Shown here piece after piece: positions 1 through 12,035 of a stretch of 64,000 nt of DNA. The translations under genes and the position numbers were made by a program. The stretch spans positions 15,414,651 through 15,478,650 of the forward strand of contig CM120647.1 of NCBI GenBank assembly GCA_051362555.1, given 5' to 3'. How positions within the stretch are numbered: position 1 is the stretch's first letter; each line of letters starts with the position of its first letter. The notes below the pieces were generated by a model. That model ran no database searches. It saw only the letters and a list, made by a program, of their open reading frames with translations, and was not told the origin of the DNA. The stretch comes from Lingula anatina. Lineage: Eukaryota > Animalia > Brachiopoda.

Positions 1-366
1 AAGTGTAGCACGTGCTTCGTGCAGCTGCTGTGGTAACGCGTGTAGCAGTGACCATGGGGCTTGCAGTTGCAATGGCTGCAGCTGTTCTGCAGTTGATCAC
101 CCAAGAAAAAAGGTGTTGTGACCAGATTGTTCATAGCAGTATTTTCACAAATACATATTTAAACCAGCTACTTGTTACACAAAAAATGTTGATTATTAGT
201 AAATTCTGTAAGTCAATTTGGTGATATTGCTGTGAGAAATTATGAGAGTGAATTAATGGCTTATAAAAACACCACCACAGAAAACTTTTTAATAGCAAAT
301 ACAGTTTGTCCAAAGTTATGAGTTTAGAGACCGAAGCAAAAACGAAATGAACGGCCTTTTAAATCC

Positions 367-402
<36 letters not shown>

Positions 403-1036
403 TGAGGGGGGGGGGAAGGGACGGGTTGGTGGAAGGAGAAATAGGTTGAACATACTCCGATAGTCAAATGTGGTGTTTATTTCCATTCACTTTTGTGATT
501 TTATTTATGGCAAGCTATAAAATGTGCACACAAATTATTTTAATAATCTAAAAAAAATGACAACCGTGTTGCAAATGATCAGTTTGAGACCATTCCCAAA
601 GATTATCGTACTAACTTTGGATTGATCTATTTCCAAGGAGGTTCTCAATAAATTGCTATCAACTTAAGCGGCTTAGATGTTTCGCATGCCCACTGAAGCT
701 GTTAGAGGAGAATAAAATATCGTTTAGCGGCTTTAGTAGGCGTGTCAGAGCCGTTTAAGCTAAAAGCAATTTAGTGAGAAAACCCTTGGAGATGGGTCGA
801 TCCAGTGAGATTGATCTAGGCATGGGAACCCTGCCTTAAAATACCATGGTTCATTATTTAACAGTACTATGTTTATGTTTTTTCCCTGTTTTCAGAGGGC
901 CCCCTTCTCCAGCGTAAGCATGACCAGTTGAACATACGGAAGAAAACAGGAAACTCGTCACACAGCTAATTGTGCAGCTCCTGCATTTGGACATTTTTGT
1001 GAATTTTGATTTCAACAATAAGTGGTCACAATAAAG
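1..1036 (+). CDS. Cys-rich secreted peptide gene, copy 0 (5' end outside the window)
   Basis: Frame from nt 2 reads SVARASCSCCGNACSSDHGACSCNGCSCSAVDHPRKKVL* (TGA 119-121), with the 8-Cys pattern of the other copies. An exon-3-like segment follows the acceptor ttttcag at 896, and AATAAA is at ~1030. Confidence 0.75.
588..832. mobile_element. MITE-like repeat in intron 2 of copy 0
   Basis: Imperfect terminal inverted repeats (cattccca...gatcta / gatctag...tgggaac). Homologous to 39477-39730 and related to 5196-5420. Absent at this position in other copies. Confidence 0.6.
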
Positions 1037-2360
1037 ATTGTAGTAAATACGCCGTATTTACTGCATTATCAAACTCTAATTTTACTACCTTTGTCGTTGT
1101 TGGGAATCGTTTGAATGCTAGATACGTATATTAAACCAATAGGCAATGCAAATCAGAGGCTCTATAATTTATATCATAAACATGGATGGAAAAATAGTCT
1201 GATTTAGTTTGCTTTATTAGAATGGGATACATTAGCTTCAGTTATAGTATTTTTTCAATTAAATTAAGGAAAAATATTGTACACAGAAAACTCGCCAATG
1301 CATTTCGAGTTCCAAAATGTTTCCTGCACTATGATTTCTTTTGCATTATTTGTCAAATTCCTCGTGTACAAATACTGACTACAGTTATATTCCTTGCATT
1401 TTAACCACTTCTTTAATGTGATGTCCAAATACAAATTAAATACTATTCACCCCAGTGCCTCGTGATTAAAGACTAAACAGAAAAAGTGAAAATATGTCAA
1501 AATAACTTTTTTTGAGAAATTCAGCTTAATTTATTTAGAAAAATTCTACTTTGTTGCTATAACACTTCCAAAAAAGGAAAAGTTGCAAAATTTCAGGCTG
1601 TAGCCATCTGGACATTGGCCGTAGTGGCCAATCAAGGTCATCACGCACGCGCCACCGATGGCGCACTTTTTACGGCATTCATTGGTCAGCTGCGTAATGC
1701 ACTATTTTCCACCGAAACCACTTCTACAGCTGCGGCAAAAATAACAAAGTATGATGAACAGTTTTTATATAGGTGCTATTAGATATCACCTGGAATTCTG
1801 ACAAAAATAGAATGATACTAGTAAAAAATAAACAAAGCAGAGAGCATATATAGTAGTCTGATTCTTTTTATATACATTACTTATTTCCACCTGTGTTCTA
1901 GCTTCTGCATTATATTTGACAAACTGACTAACGTACCTACAGACTGGTTCATCATCGTGAAAGACGCAGGTGCTTCCATTCTTACATTGAAAGTAACGGT
2001 CTACCCCTCACCATGGATATCTCTTCTTAAACTTCTCATCTTATTCAACATGAAACATGAAACCGTAAATTAAAAGAGCAGAACTTTAATAAATAAATGA
2101 ATAAAAATAAATAAATAATTACGGCTATTGCATATTATGTTAAAAAATAATACGTTGTTGAAAATGAAATGTCAAGACATGAAGAAAAATACTAGTAAAA
2201 AAGATAAGTTCTTGCAGTCAAACACTGACACAGAGTTTGCAGATACTTCTCATGTTTTTTTTCACAATCTTTCACTTGGCAAGACTGGTAGCATTTGAAT
2301 CTGCCACCATAAAGTCCTGCTCCAGGCTCATGTTTTCGCATTAGGCTGAAGAAGTGGCCT

Positions 2361-2783
2361 ATGTTTACTGAAATCTACATGTTCGGACTACACCTGGTGA
2401 TAGTTTCTGTGGTGCCGCTTTGCATTCTGGTATACACCAATGTCCGGATTCCCGTAACTGTTTGGGCCAGTGATAGACGTGTCGGGGACGCACTCCAAAA
2501 CGCCACCAAACCTAGCCGAGAAGTCACCATTGTAATTATTATCCTAATCATGGTGTTCGTTGTGACAAACATACCGGTAGATGTCGTCCTGGCCATGATG
2601 GCACTGTCTGCAAAACTGCCAAGTTCTTTCCGAAAGGCGGTCGTGTATCTTGTCCCCTTCACTGTGTCCGTTAAATTGTTGGTGCCCGTCTTCAACTTTG
2701 CCATATATGGACTCCGGAAGTCGTTCCGGAAGTATTTGAGATACATCTGGTCTAAAATGTCCGAAACCTCCGTGGATTCGTGA
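2361..2783 (+). pseudogene. Class A GPCR fragment (TM5-TM7 plus helix 8), FMRFamide-receptor-like
   Basis: TM5 VVPLCILVYTNVRI, TM6 VTIVIIILIMVFVVTNIP, TM7 VFNFAIY and helix-8 SFRKYL. No TM1-4 is recognisable, and the upstream frame is broken relative to the 8246 copy. Confidence 0.75.
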
Positions 2784-4360
2784 CTTCAACAGCAGTTCTT
2801 AAGTCATAAACTAATGTATGCAGTTTGCTCTAATTTAAGGAACACTGAAAGAAATACACGTGGCTCCTTTTAACGAGGCGTATTTTAAAAGCAGCGTTCA
2901 ATTTGAGCAGAAAGCCACCACATGCGCTGGCAGTTATAGCTTATATAAATAGCAATATAGTTATAGCAGAATAGTGATGTAGGCTTACACAGGTACTTCG
3001 TAGGAAAATAAGGTGTGCACATAAGCCATTTCCGATGGCCAGCCAGTAACAGTGCGTAGAAAAAAGCATGAAATTCCCCGTTGTTGTATATGAAATACTG
3101 GTAATACCTCGATATCTTAGCCTAGTATGTGTAATGCATAGATCATGGCTACGATAGGTTAAAAGAAGAACCACCGTAGGCCATATTGCCCACAACCCTC
3201 AGAATCGTTGGCACCTATGTGCATGTAACAGCTATAACGTGAACATAAAGCAACATCTAAAAGGATCTTTCTGGAGATGTTTCCACGTATTTCAAAATAA
3301 GTGTCTTTACAGCACCCTGTATGTAGTGCTACATAAGCACAACACGTTTAAAATGATCATTGGCCTTTTGCACGACGCTTGGAAACTGATTTAAGACACG
3401 CAATAAACGTTATACCTTGTTGAACATAATAGTAAAAAATTAATTGGAAATTCCAAAAGTTTTCCATTGATCCTTAACTTATTTTTTTATATTTTGTGAA
3501 CGGAATGAGGAAACATGAATATTTACAAGTTGAAAGCGGGTTCATAAATTATGAATTTGTCACGTTGGTGATCGATTTAAGGCATATCTGCTGAAATTTC
3601 CACCGAAGGTGACCTTGGGCTTTATAATTGCCTAACATGTATTACTCGTCTTTTAAATTTTGAAACTAAATTGCCTACATACCATCTCGGATGCGGAGCA
3701 CAATAATATAATGAGGACACATGATTGGCATCTCTAGCGGGTGTTAATTAACTGTTTATAAACCAAACTAATTGACTAATTTCCATTGGATTTATCATTT
3801 TGATTATCATGCACACGGTAGGTTCCTTTGCTAGAAAGTAACATACTCCTCACTAATCAAAAGCAGATGTTTTTAGATTAAATCGTTTTAAAATTACTAT
3901 TGTGTGTCTGTGACGATTTTACTACAGTGGCAAAGAACGGCTGACTTTATTTTCGAAATAGTTCCGTGTGTATTAAAGACAGAGGGAAGCTTGTATACTT
4001 GTAGGGAAAAGAAATGTGCTCGTAGAATGCATTAAACAGGAAGAACTTTGAACAAGCAGGTAATACTTGTCATTAGGATCGCTTTAACAAATGATAATGG
4101 TTTTATTACGTTGAGCTGTGTACTAATGACAAAGGAAATACATTGCTGGGACCATATATATGTTTCCTTGCTGAAAAATGATAAAAAATTTAATATACAC
4201 ATATTGCATGTATGCAATCATAAGGAGGGGGGGTAGTGAACAGATACATATCAAAATTAACTAACTACGTATTTGCTTGGTAACAGATAATACGAAAGGA
4301 GAACTTGAGTGAATTATCTTACACTGATTCTTATGCATAGCAGTTCGACATTAGAGAGTA

Positions 4361-4740
4361 AGATTTCCCTTACCAAATAAACATTTTAGAATTTAAATTA
4401 AAATAATGTAACAATGAAAATTAAATTAAATTCTGCCTATCATTTGTATGTTGTAAACAGGATTTTTACCACGACACAAAAGGGTAATGTATGCAAATTT
4501 TTTTAGGTTAGGAACTGAAAGAAGGAGAAAAAGAAAAACAAAAAAGAGAGAGAGCGCGCCCTGCTTTTAGACGTCGCTTTGAGAAATGATAATGATTCTC
4601 ATGCGTAACACCGTGTATAAGTGATTAAGGAAAGTTTGAAACAGAAAATACCTTGCTGGGGCCATATTTCATGATAATGTTATTCTGTGTTTCCTTGCTG
4701 AAGACTGATAGCGATTTGTTTGCACAGAAACGTATATATA
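4361..4740 (+). promoter_or_regulatory. Promoter of copy A
   Basis: TATATATA at 4733-4740 (TATAAATA in the paralogs), ~80 nt before the ATG. kB-like AGATTTCCC at 4361, plus a conserved GATA-containing module. Confidence 0.6.
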
Positions 4741-4811
4741 CCGGCTTGGGTTGCAAATCTCATCGTAGGGAACAGATCCAGTCTTCTGCTACGACAACTT
4801 TCATTGGAACA

Positions 4812-5933
4812 ATGAAGTCTTGCGTTCTTCTTGTGCTTTTGGTGCTCTTTGCCACTCTTGTCATAGAAGGTGAGAGACACAACGTATTTATATTGATTTA
4901 AAGCGTAAAGACGGACGCAAATAAAAGTGATACATCAGATCTGAGACCGTAATCTAGGCAGACATTATCTCCGCTAGGGGGGAATTTAATTAGAAGTGTT
5001 ACATTAGTATGTCGTAACTTTACCAAAAGAGGTCGTGATCAATATCTCACCCAATAAGATAGACTAAAAATGAAAAATAGTTAATGTATAAATAACAATA
5101 TTCTACTTAATAAAGTTACAGTGTTCAGTAATTCAAAATTTGCAAATAGGCAGTTGTGAGTGCTTACTAACAGTGGTATTTTGTTTCCTATTAAAGGGTG
5201 CCTTCCCAGATATTTAAATCGATCCAGAGATTTAGATTTAGATCGACCTTACTCCCTGGGGGTTCACGCTAAATTGCAGTCAGCCGAGCGCACACCATAG
5301 TTAATTACCCCCTTACAGCTTTTAGTAGGCGGGACAGACGCCTAAGCCGGCTAATCTGACAGTAATCTAGTGAGACTCTCCACAGGGATAGATCGATTTA
5401 AAATCTATGGGAATGGGGTCAAAGACACTCAGTGAAACTAATAGTTGTGTATTAATTTGCATCTAATATATACACAAAACCATTTTAGTCTCTTCTGAAA
5501 GGGGTGTCTTTTCTTTGTAGGTCATTCATATAAATAAGCGAAAACAATAATATAGCTTATTTGTCACAACTGAGGAACATCAGAAAGAAATTGAATGAAA
5601 TCGAGGCCAGGAAATTCTTCTTCGAGTTCAGAAAGGTCATATACGGTGCCACGCATTACTGGCACCACTCCTAAGCAAAACTGGAAGGAGCTCAACTTTT
5701 AAGTTCCACTCTGTTGCTCTCCTTCATTAACATCTGAATACCTAGGGACTTTAGTAACATCGTTTATATTTTCCATTTTTTATTTTGATATAGAAACAGC
5801 CGGGCAATTGGGAGCTGCGAGAGCTCCAACGCGTGCTTCGTGCACCTGCTGTAATCGTAACTCGTGTAGCACCGACAATGGATATTGCTACTGCAGCGGC
5901 TGCACCTGTGTTGCAGTCGATTACCGAAGATAA
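4812..5933 (+). CDS. Cys-rich secreted peptide, copy A (65 aa)
   Basis: Exon 1 4812-4869 (G|GTGAGA), exon 2 5794-5933 (tatag|). Protein MKSCVLLVLLVLFATLVIE-ETAGQLGAARAPTRASCTCCNRNSCSTDNGYCYCSGCTCVAVDYRR*. Exon-3-like segment at 6506, AATAAA at 6639. Confidence 0.88.
5196..5420. mobile_element. MITE in intron 1 of copy A
   Basis: Inverted ends ttcccaga..tttaaatcgatc / gatcgatttaaa..tgggaa. Absent from intron 1 of copy B (empty site ~11495). Confidence 0.65.
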
Positions 5934-6124
5934 AAGGTGTGATCACATTCTTCATGGCAATATTTTCACAACTAAATATTCTGACCAGCTACTTGTTTTA
6001 CATAAATGCTGTTTATTGTGATAATCTGAGACTGCTAAAACCGAGTAGTAGATTCCGCAATCAGATTGGTGCAGTTGTTGTGATATATTATAAGAATGGC
6101 TTAACACAAAGGCTACAGACACCA

Positions 6125-6125
<1 letters not shown>

Positions 6126-6187
<62 letters not shown>

Positions 6188-6270
6188 CCAAAACGTTTGT
6201 CCAAAGGCATTAGTGTAATGACCAAAACAAAGAGAGAGAGAGAGAGGCAAATGTTCTCTTTAAGTTCTTT

Positions 6271-6302
<32 letters not shown>
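6126..6302. repeat. Poly(A) run and (GA)n microsatellites in intron 2 of copy A
   Basis: About 60 A followed by two (GA)n tracts. (GA)n recurs in intron 2 of most copies. Confidence 0.95.
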
Positions 6303-6304
<2 letters not shown>

Positions 6305-6909
6305 AAGGAATATGAGAAGGCGGAAGAGAGAGCCAGGTTGTGTGTATGTATGTCATATACGGCACTTATTTCCATTCATTTACATGTTATTATCCAATGG
6401 AAACTAAATGATGTGCATTATATATATTGATGTCGTGCTGTAAATGGACAGTTTAATGCAACAGTTATTTATTTTACAGTGTATAATAAAAATATTCTTT
6501 TTCAGAATAGCCTCCTGTTGAGAGAAACATGACCAGTTATGGAAGAAACCATGAAACTAGTCACTCAGCTAAATGTAACGCATTTACTACGTATTTGGAT
6601 ATTTTTTGTGAATTTTGAGTTTAACAATAAGTGGTTCTAATAAAGATTGTAGTAAATACACTGTATTTACTGCATTATGAAAGCTCTAATTTTACTACCT
6701 TTGTTTTTTGCTGGAAATCGTTTGAATGCTTAATACGTATATTAAGCAAATGGGCCATGCAGTACTAAAAACTAGAGGCTCTTTCATTTATTTCATTAAC
6801 AAAAATGAAAAAGTAAACTTATCAAGTTCGCTTCATTAAAACGGAGTGCTTTAATTTCAGTTATAGTAAGGGTGGGGGAATGTTGTGCACAGGTTAGTCA
6901 TATCAAGTA

Positions 6910-6956
<47 letters not shown>

Positions 6957-7426
6957 ATTGCCTTTGGTATACTTCCTTTATGAAATTCTAATAGCCAATA
7001 GTCACCAGGACCAAAAGATGTTAAGTATTTTTAATCAACATTTTTAAACAATTTGTGTTACTGAAATTAAGGAGAAATTTTACTACACAGAAAACTTGCC
7101 AAAGCATTTCGAATACCAAAATGCTATCTGCACTTTCAATATGGACATTCTTTCATCATTTGTCAAATTTTTGGCATATGTAATATTCCTGTGTATTTTA
7201 ACTTCTTCTTTAATGTGATGTCCACACAAATTTAACACTATTCACCCCAGAAACTAATCTCAATTTATTTAGATAAAATCTACTAAAAGTTATAAAATTT
7301 TAGGCTGTAGCCATCTGGACATTCGCTGTAGTGGTCAATCAAGGTCAGCACGCACAAGCCACCGATGACGCACTTTTTAAGGCATTAATTGGTCAGCTGC
7401 ATAATGCACTTTATGTCTCCTCATTC

Positions 7427-7590
7427 AGGGGCGGATCCAGAGCTATTTTCTGACAGTCTTCCAAATTATCTTTGTTGATCCATCCTCTAATTTTGGCCGT
7501 CTTCCAACAGAAAAAAATTAGCTGTCAATGTAAACTTGAAAATCTGACCGTCTTCTGGAAGACCCAGAAGACGGCCTAAATCCGCCCCTG
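7427..7590. mobile_element. ~165 bp MITE with CAGGGGCGGAT termini
   Basis: caggggcggatcc ... aaatccgcccctg. A second copy lies at ~48356-48522. Confidence 0.7.
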
Positions 7591-8245
7591 CCATTAACCC
7601 AAGCGAAAAGATAAGTAAATGACAAACGCAGATATAGTGTTCGAAATTTGGCCGCGTTTATTGAAAGGTCCCCCTAGTAAAGAATGGTGTTATATATTAT
7701 ATATTATATAGCATTAAATAATGTTAATTAGTTAAAATTACGTAATGTTATATCTTAAAAAATAAATATCAAAACAAATAGTGCAAATATTTTCATTTGT
7801 GGGGTTGGATGATGAAAAGTTTTTATATAAGTGCTATTAGATACCACCTGGAATTCTGACAAAAACAGAGTGATACTAGTAAAAAATAAACGAAGGAGAG
7901 AGCATATATAGTAGTCTGATTCTTTATATATATACATATTTCCATCTGTGCTCTAGCTTCTGCATTATATTTGATAAACTGACTAACATACCTACAGACT
8001 GGTTCATCATCGTCGTTAAAGATACAGGTGCCCCCATTGTTACATTGTAGATAGCAGCCTCCCCCTAACCATGGGTATCTCTTCTTAAACTTCTCATCTT
8101 ATGTAACATGAAAGATGAAACCGTAGATTAAAAGAGCAAATTTTTTAAGAAAAAAAATACGGCTTTTGCATATTATGTCAAGAAATAGTAAGTTGTTGAA
8201 AATGAAATTTCAAGACATGAAGAAAAATACTAGCAAAAAGATAAG

Positions 8246-8821
8246 TTGTTGCAGTCAAACACTGACACAGAGTTTGCAGATACTTCTCATGTTTATTTTA
8301 CAATCTTTCACTTGGCAAGGCTGTTAGCAACTGAGTTTGCCACCCTAAAGCCCTGCGTCAGTGGCTCGTGTTTTCACATTCGGCTGAAGAAGTGGCCCAT
8401 GTTTACTGAAGTCTACATGTTCGGGCTCCACCTGTTGATAGTTTCTGTGGTGCCGGTTTGCATTCTGGTATACACCAATGTCCGGATCCTCCTAACTGTT
8501 TGGGCCAGTGATAGACGTGTCGGGGACGCACTCCAAAACGCCACAAAACCTAGCCGAGAAGTCACCATTGTAATTATTATCCTAATCATGATATTCGTCG
8601 TGACAAACATACCGGTAGATGTCGTCCTGGCCATGATGGCACTGTCTGCAAAACTGCCAAGTTCTTTCCGAAAGGCGGTGGTGTATCTCGTCTCCTTCAC
8701 TGTGTCCGTTAAATTGTTGGTGCCCGTCTTCAACTTTGCAATATATAGGCTTCGGAAGTCGTTCCGGAAGTATCTGAGATACATCTGTTCTAAAAAGTCC
8801 GAAACCTCCGTGGATTCGTGA
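8246..8821 (+). pseudogene. Class A GPCR fragment (TM5-TM7), second open copy
   Basis: 191-codon open frame with the same TM5/TM6/TM7 motifs as 2361-2783. Possible acceptor ttgcag at ~8254. No N-terminal exons seen. Confidence 0.75.
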
Positions 8822-11118
8822 ATTCAACGGCAGTTCCTAAGTCATAAACTACTGTATGCAGTTTGCTCTAATTCAGAAAATCCGAAAGAAATACACGTAG
8901 CACCTTTTCAACAAGAAGTATTTTAACAACAGTATTCAATCTGAGAAAAAAGCCAGCACATGTGCTGGTAATTATAGCTTATATTAATAGCAATATACTT
9001 AAAGCAGAATAGTGATATAGGCCTGCACAGGTATTTCGTAGGAATATAAGGTGTGCACATATGCCATTTCCGATGGGCCAGCCAGAAACACTGCGTAGAA
9101 AAAAGCATGACATCCCCCGTTGCTGTATATGTCATACTGGTAATAAGTTGATGTCTTAGCCTAGTATATGTAATACATACATAATTACTACGATCAGTTA
9201 ACAAAAGAGCCGCCACTTTGCCGTATTGCCCACAACCCTAAGAATCGTTGGCACCTTTGTGCATGTAACAGCTATAACGTGAACATTAAGCAACATCTAA
9301 AATAATCTTGCTGTGAGACGTTTCCATGTGTTTCAAAATAAGTGTCTTTACAGCACCCTGTATGTAATGCTATATAAGCACATCATGCTTAAAATGATCA
9401 TTGGCCTTTTGCACGACGCTTGGAAACTGATTTAGGAAGCACAATAAACGTAATGCCTTATCCTACATATTAGAAAAAATAATATGACTGAGAATTTTAA
9501 AACATTTCCATAAATCCCAGATTTGTTTTATATATTCTGTGAATGGAATGAGGAAGCATGAATATTTATAAGTTGGAAACGGGTTCATAAATTATGGAGT
9601 TGTCACGCTGGTTATCGATTTAAGGCATATCTGCTGAAATTTCCGCCGGAGGTGATCTTGGGCTTTATAATTGTCTAACATGTATTTTGATGACATTAAT
9701 TTAATTAAAATTGTCTTTGAAATTTAGGAACTTTATCGCCTACATACCACCTCAGATGTGGACAATGCATTGAGGACAGTATTCCTAGCGGGCGTTAATT
9801 AACTAGTTAGCCTATAAACAACCCAATTTGACTAATTCCCAATGAATTTGCCATTTTGTTTATCATGCACGCGGTAGATTCATTTGCTAGAAAGTTACAA
9901 CCTCCTCACCAATTAACAGCAGATGTTAAAGAATGAATCGTAGAAAAATTATGATTGTGTTTAAGTGACGGTTTTACTACAACGGCAACAAAAAGGGACG
10001 TTTTTTTTGTTGATATTATTTCGTGTGCATTAAAGACAGAAGGAAGCATGTACACTTGTAGAGAAAAGAAATGCAGATATAAATGTGCTCGTAGATTGCA
10101 TTAAACAGAGAAAACAGAGAGGACTTTGAACAAGCAGGCAATACTTGTCATTAGAAGACGCTTTAACAAATGATAATGATTTTATTGCGTTGAACTGTGT
10201 AATAATGATAAAGGGAATGTTTGAAACAGAAGATACCTTTCTGGGACCATATCTCATGTCGCCGTTATTCTGTATGTTTCCTTGTTGAAGAATGATAAAA
10301 ATTTCATATACACAAATTGCATGTATGCAATCATAAAGGGGGGGGGGGTAGCGAACAGATACATAACAAACTACATATTTGCTTGGTAAAAGAGAGAATA
10401 CAAAAGGAAAACTGGAGTGAATTATCTTTAATTGAAAGTTTTAGATATATTTTACCAGCCACAAAATACTCCATAAGACAAATGAATGTCTTTTGCAGCG
10501 ATATTTGGTGTGTGCAGAATACAGAACCAAAGGGTAGTTTTTCATCATTTAAGGTAAATGTACAACATTTTCCAGATACTGAACGAAAGATGTGAATACG
10601 ACATGTCTATTGCAAGTGAATCTTTGTCGTGCTTTATCTTAAACGTAGCAGTACGATATTAACGTGTCAGATTCCCCTTACCAAACCAAATAAACGTTTT
10701 AGATTTTGAATTTAAATGATGTAAGAATGGGAATCAAAATAAGTTTTGGCATTCATTTATTTGTTAAAAAATTCTGATTTTTACCACGACAAAAAAGGGT
10801 AATGTTTGCAAAATTGTTAGGTTAGGAACTTAAAGAAGGAGAAAAAGAAAACAAACGAGAGTGCGCTTTAGACGTCGCTTTGACAAATGATAATTATATT
10901 ATTTTATTGCATTACAACGTGTATAAATGTTTAAGGAAAAATTTGGAACAGAAAATACCTTGCTGGGACCATATTTCATGACAATGTTATTCTGTGTTTC
11001 CTTGCTGAAGATTGATAGTGATTTGCTTGCACAGAAACGTATAAATAGCGGCTTGGGTTGCAAATCTCATCATAGAGAACTGATCCAGTCTCCTGCTAGG
11101 ACAACTTCCATTGGAACA

Positions 11119-12035
11119 ATGAAGTCTTGCGCTCTTCTTGTGCTGTTGGTGCTCTTTGCCACTGTTGTCATAGAAGGTGAGAGACACAAAGTATTTATAA
11201 TAACTTAAAGCGTAAAGTAGGACGCAAAGAAAAAAGATACGTCAGTACTTAGACTGTAATCTAGGCAGACATTATCTTTGCGAGGGGGAAATGTAATTTT
11301 AAATCTTACAATAGTATGTCGTAACTTGACCAAAAAGAGGTCGTGATCAATATCACACCCAATAAGATAAACTAAAAATGTAAAATAGTAAATGTATAAA
11401 TAAGAACATCCTACTTAATAAAGTTACAGTGTTCAGTAATTCAAAATTAGGCAGTTGTGAGTGCTTACTAGCAGTGGTGTTTTGTATCCTTTTAAAAACA
11501 CGCAGTGAAACTAATAGTTGTGTATTAATTTGCATCTAATATATATGCAAAACCATTTTAGTCTCTTCTATAAGGGGTGTCTTTTCTTTGTAGGTCACTC
11601 ATAAAAATAAGCGAAAACAATAATATAGATAATTTGTCACTACTGAGAATTTACTAGTAAGAAACTGAATAGAATTGAGACCAGGAAATTCTTTTCGGAG
11701 TTTATGAAAGTCATAGACCGTGCCACGCATTACTGGCACCATTCCTAAGCAATATTGGAAGGAACACAAATTTTAAGTTCCACTCTGCTACTTTCCTTCA
11801 TTAACATCTGAATACCTTTCAGATGTTAATGAAGGACTTTCAGTAACATCGTTCAGTAACATCATTTATATTTTCCATTTTTTATTTTGATATAGACACA
11901 GCCGGGCAAGGGGGAGCTCCGGGAGCTGCATTGCGTGCTTCGTGCAGTTGCTGTGGTGTTAACACGTGTAGCACCGACCGTGGGAGATGCTACTGCAGAG
12001 GCTGCACCTGTGTTGCAATCGATTACCCAAGATAA
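11119..12035 (+). CDS. Cys-rich secreted peptide, copy B (65 aa)
   Basis: TATAAA 11040; exon 1 11119-11176; exon 2 11896-12035. Protein MKSCALLVLLVLFATVVIE-DTAGQGGAPGAALRASCSCCGVNTCSTDRGRCYCRGCTCVAIDYPR*. Exon-3-like segment at 12576, AATAAA at 12704. Confidence 0.9.

Noticed and set aside
12-224. ORF family MLRAxAVV...LQ(L/S)ITQ (also 5833, 11935, 35150, 46652, 54233, 61477)
   Set aside because: Alternative frame over exon 2 with a GTG start in most copies. It is not in phase with the signal exon, so it is a shadow of the Cys frame.
2375-2746. Antisense ORFs over the GPCR fragments
   Set aside because: Shadow frames of the GPCR coding strand with no independent features.
4653-4901. ORFs such as MLGPYF...MKSC...EGERH as single-exon genes (also 10927, 38918, 45626, 52343)
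   Set aside because: They start upstream of the TATA box and run through the GT donor. The real start is the MKSC ATG.
5833-5933. Metallothionein, hepcidin or conotoxin assignment
   Set aside because: The signal peptide argues against metallothionein, the Cys spacing differs from hepcidin, and no recognisable conotoxin signal or pro-region is present. Left unnamed.
5885-6430. 181-aa ORF with poly-K and ER repeats, and the IYIY/THTH ORFs elsewhere
   Set aside because: Translations of poly(A), (GA)n, (TA)n and (CA)n microsatellites.
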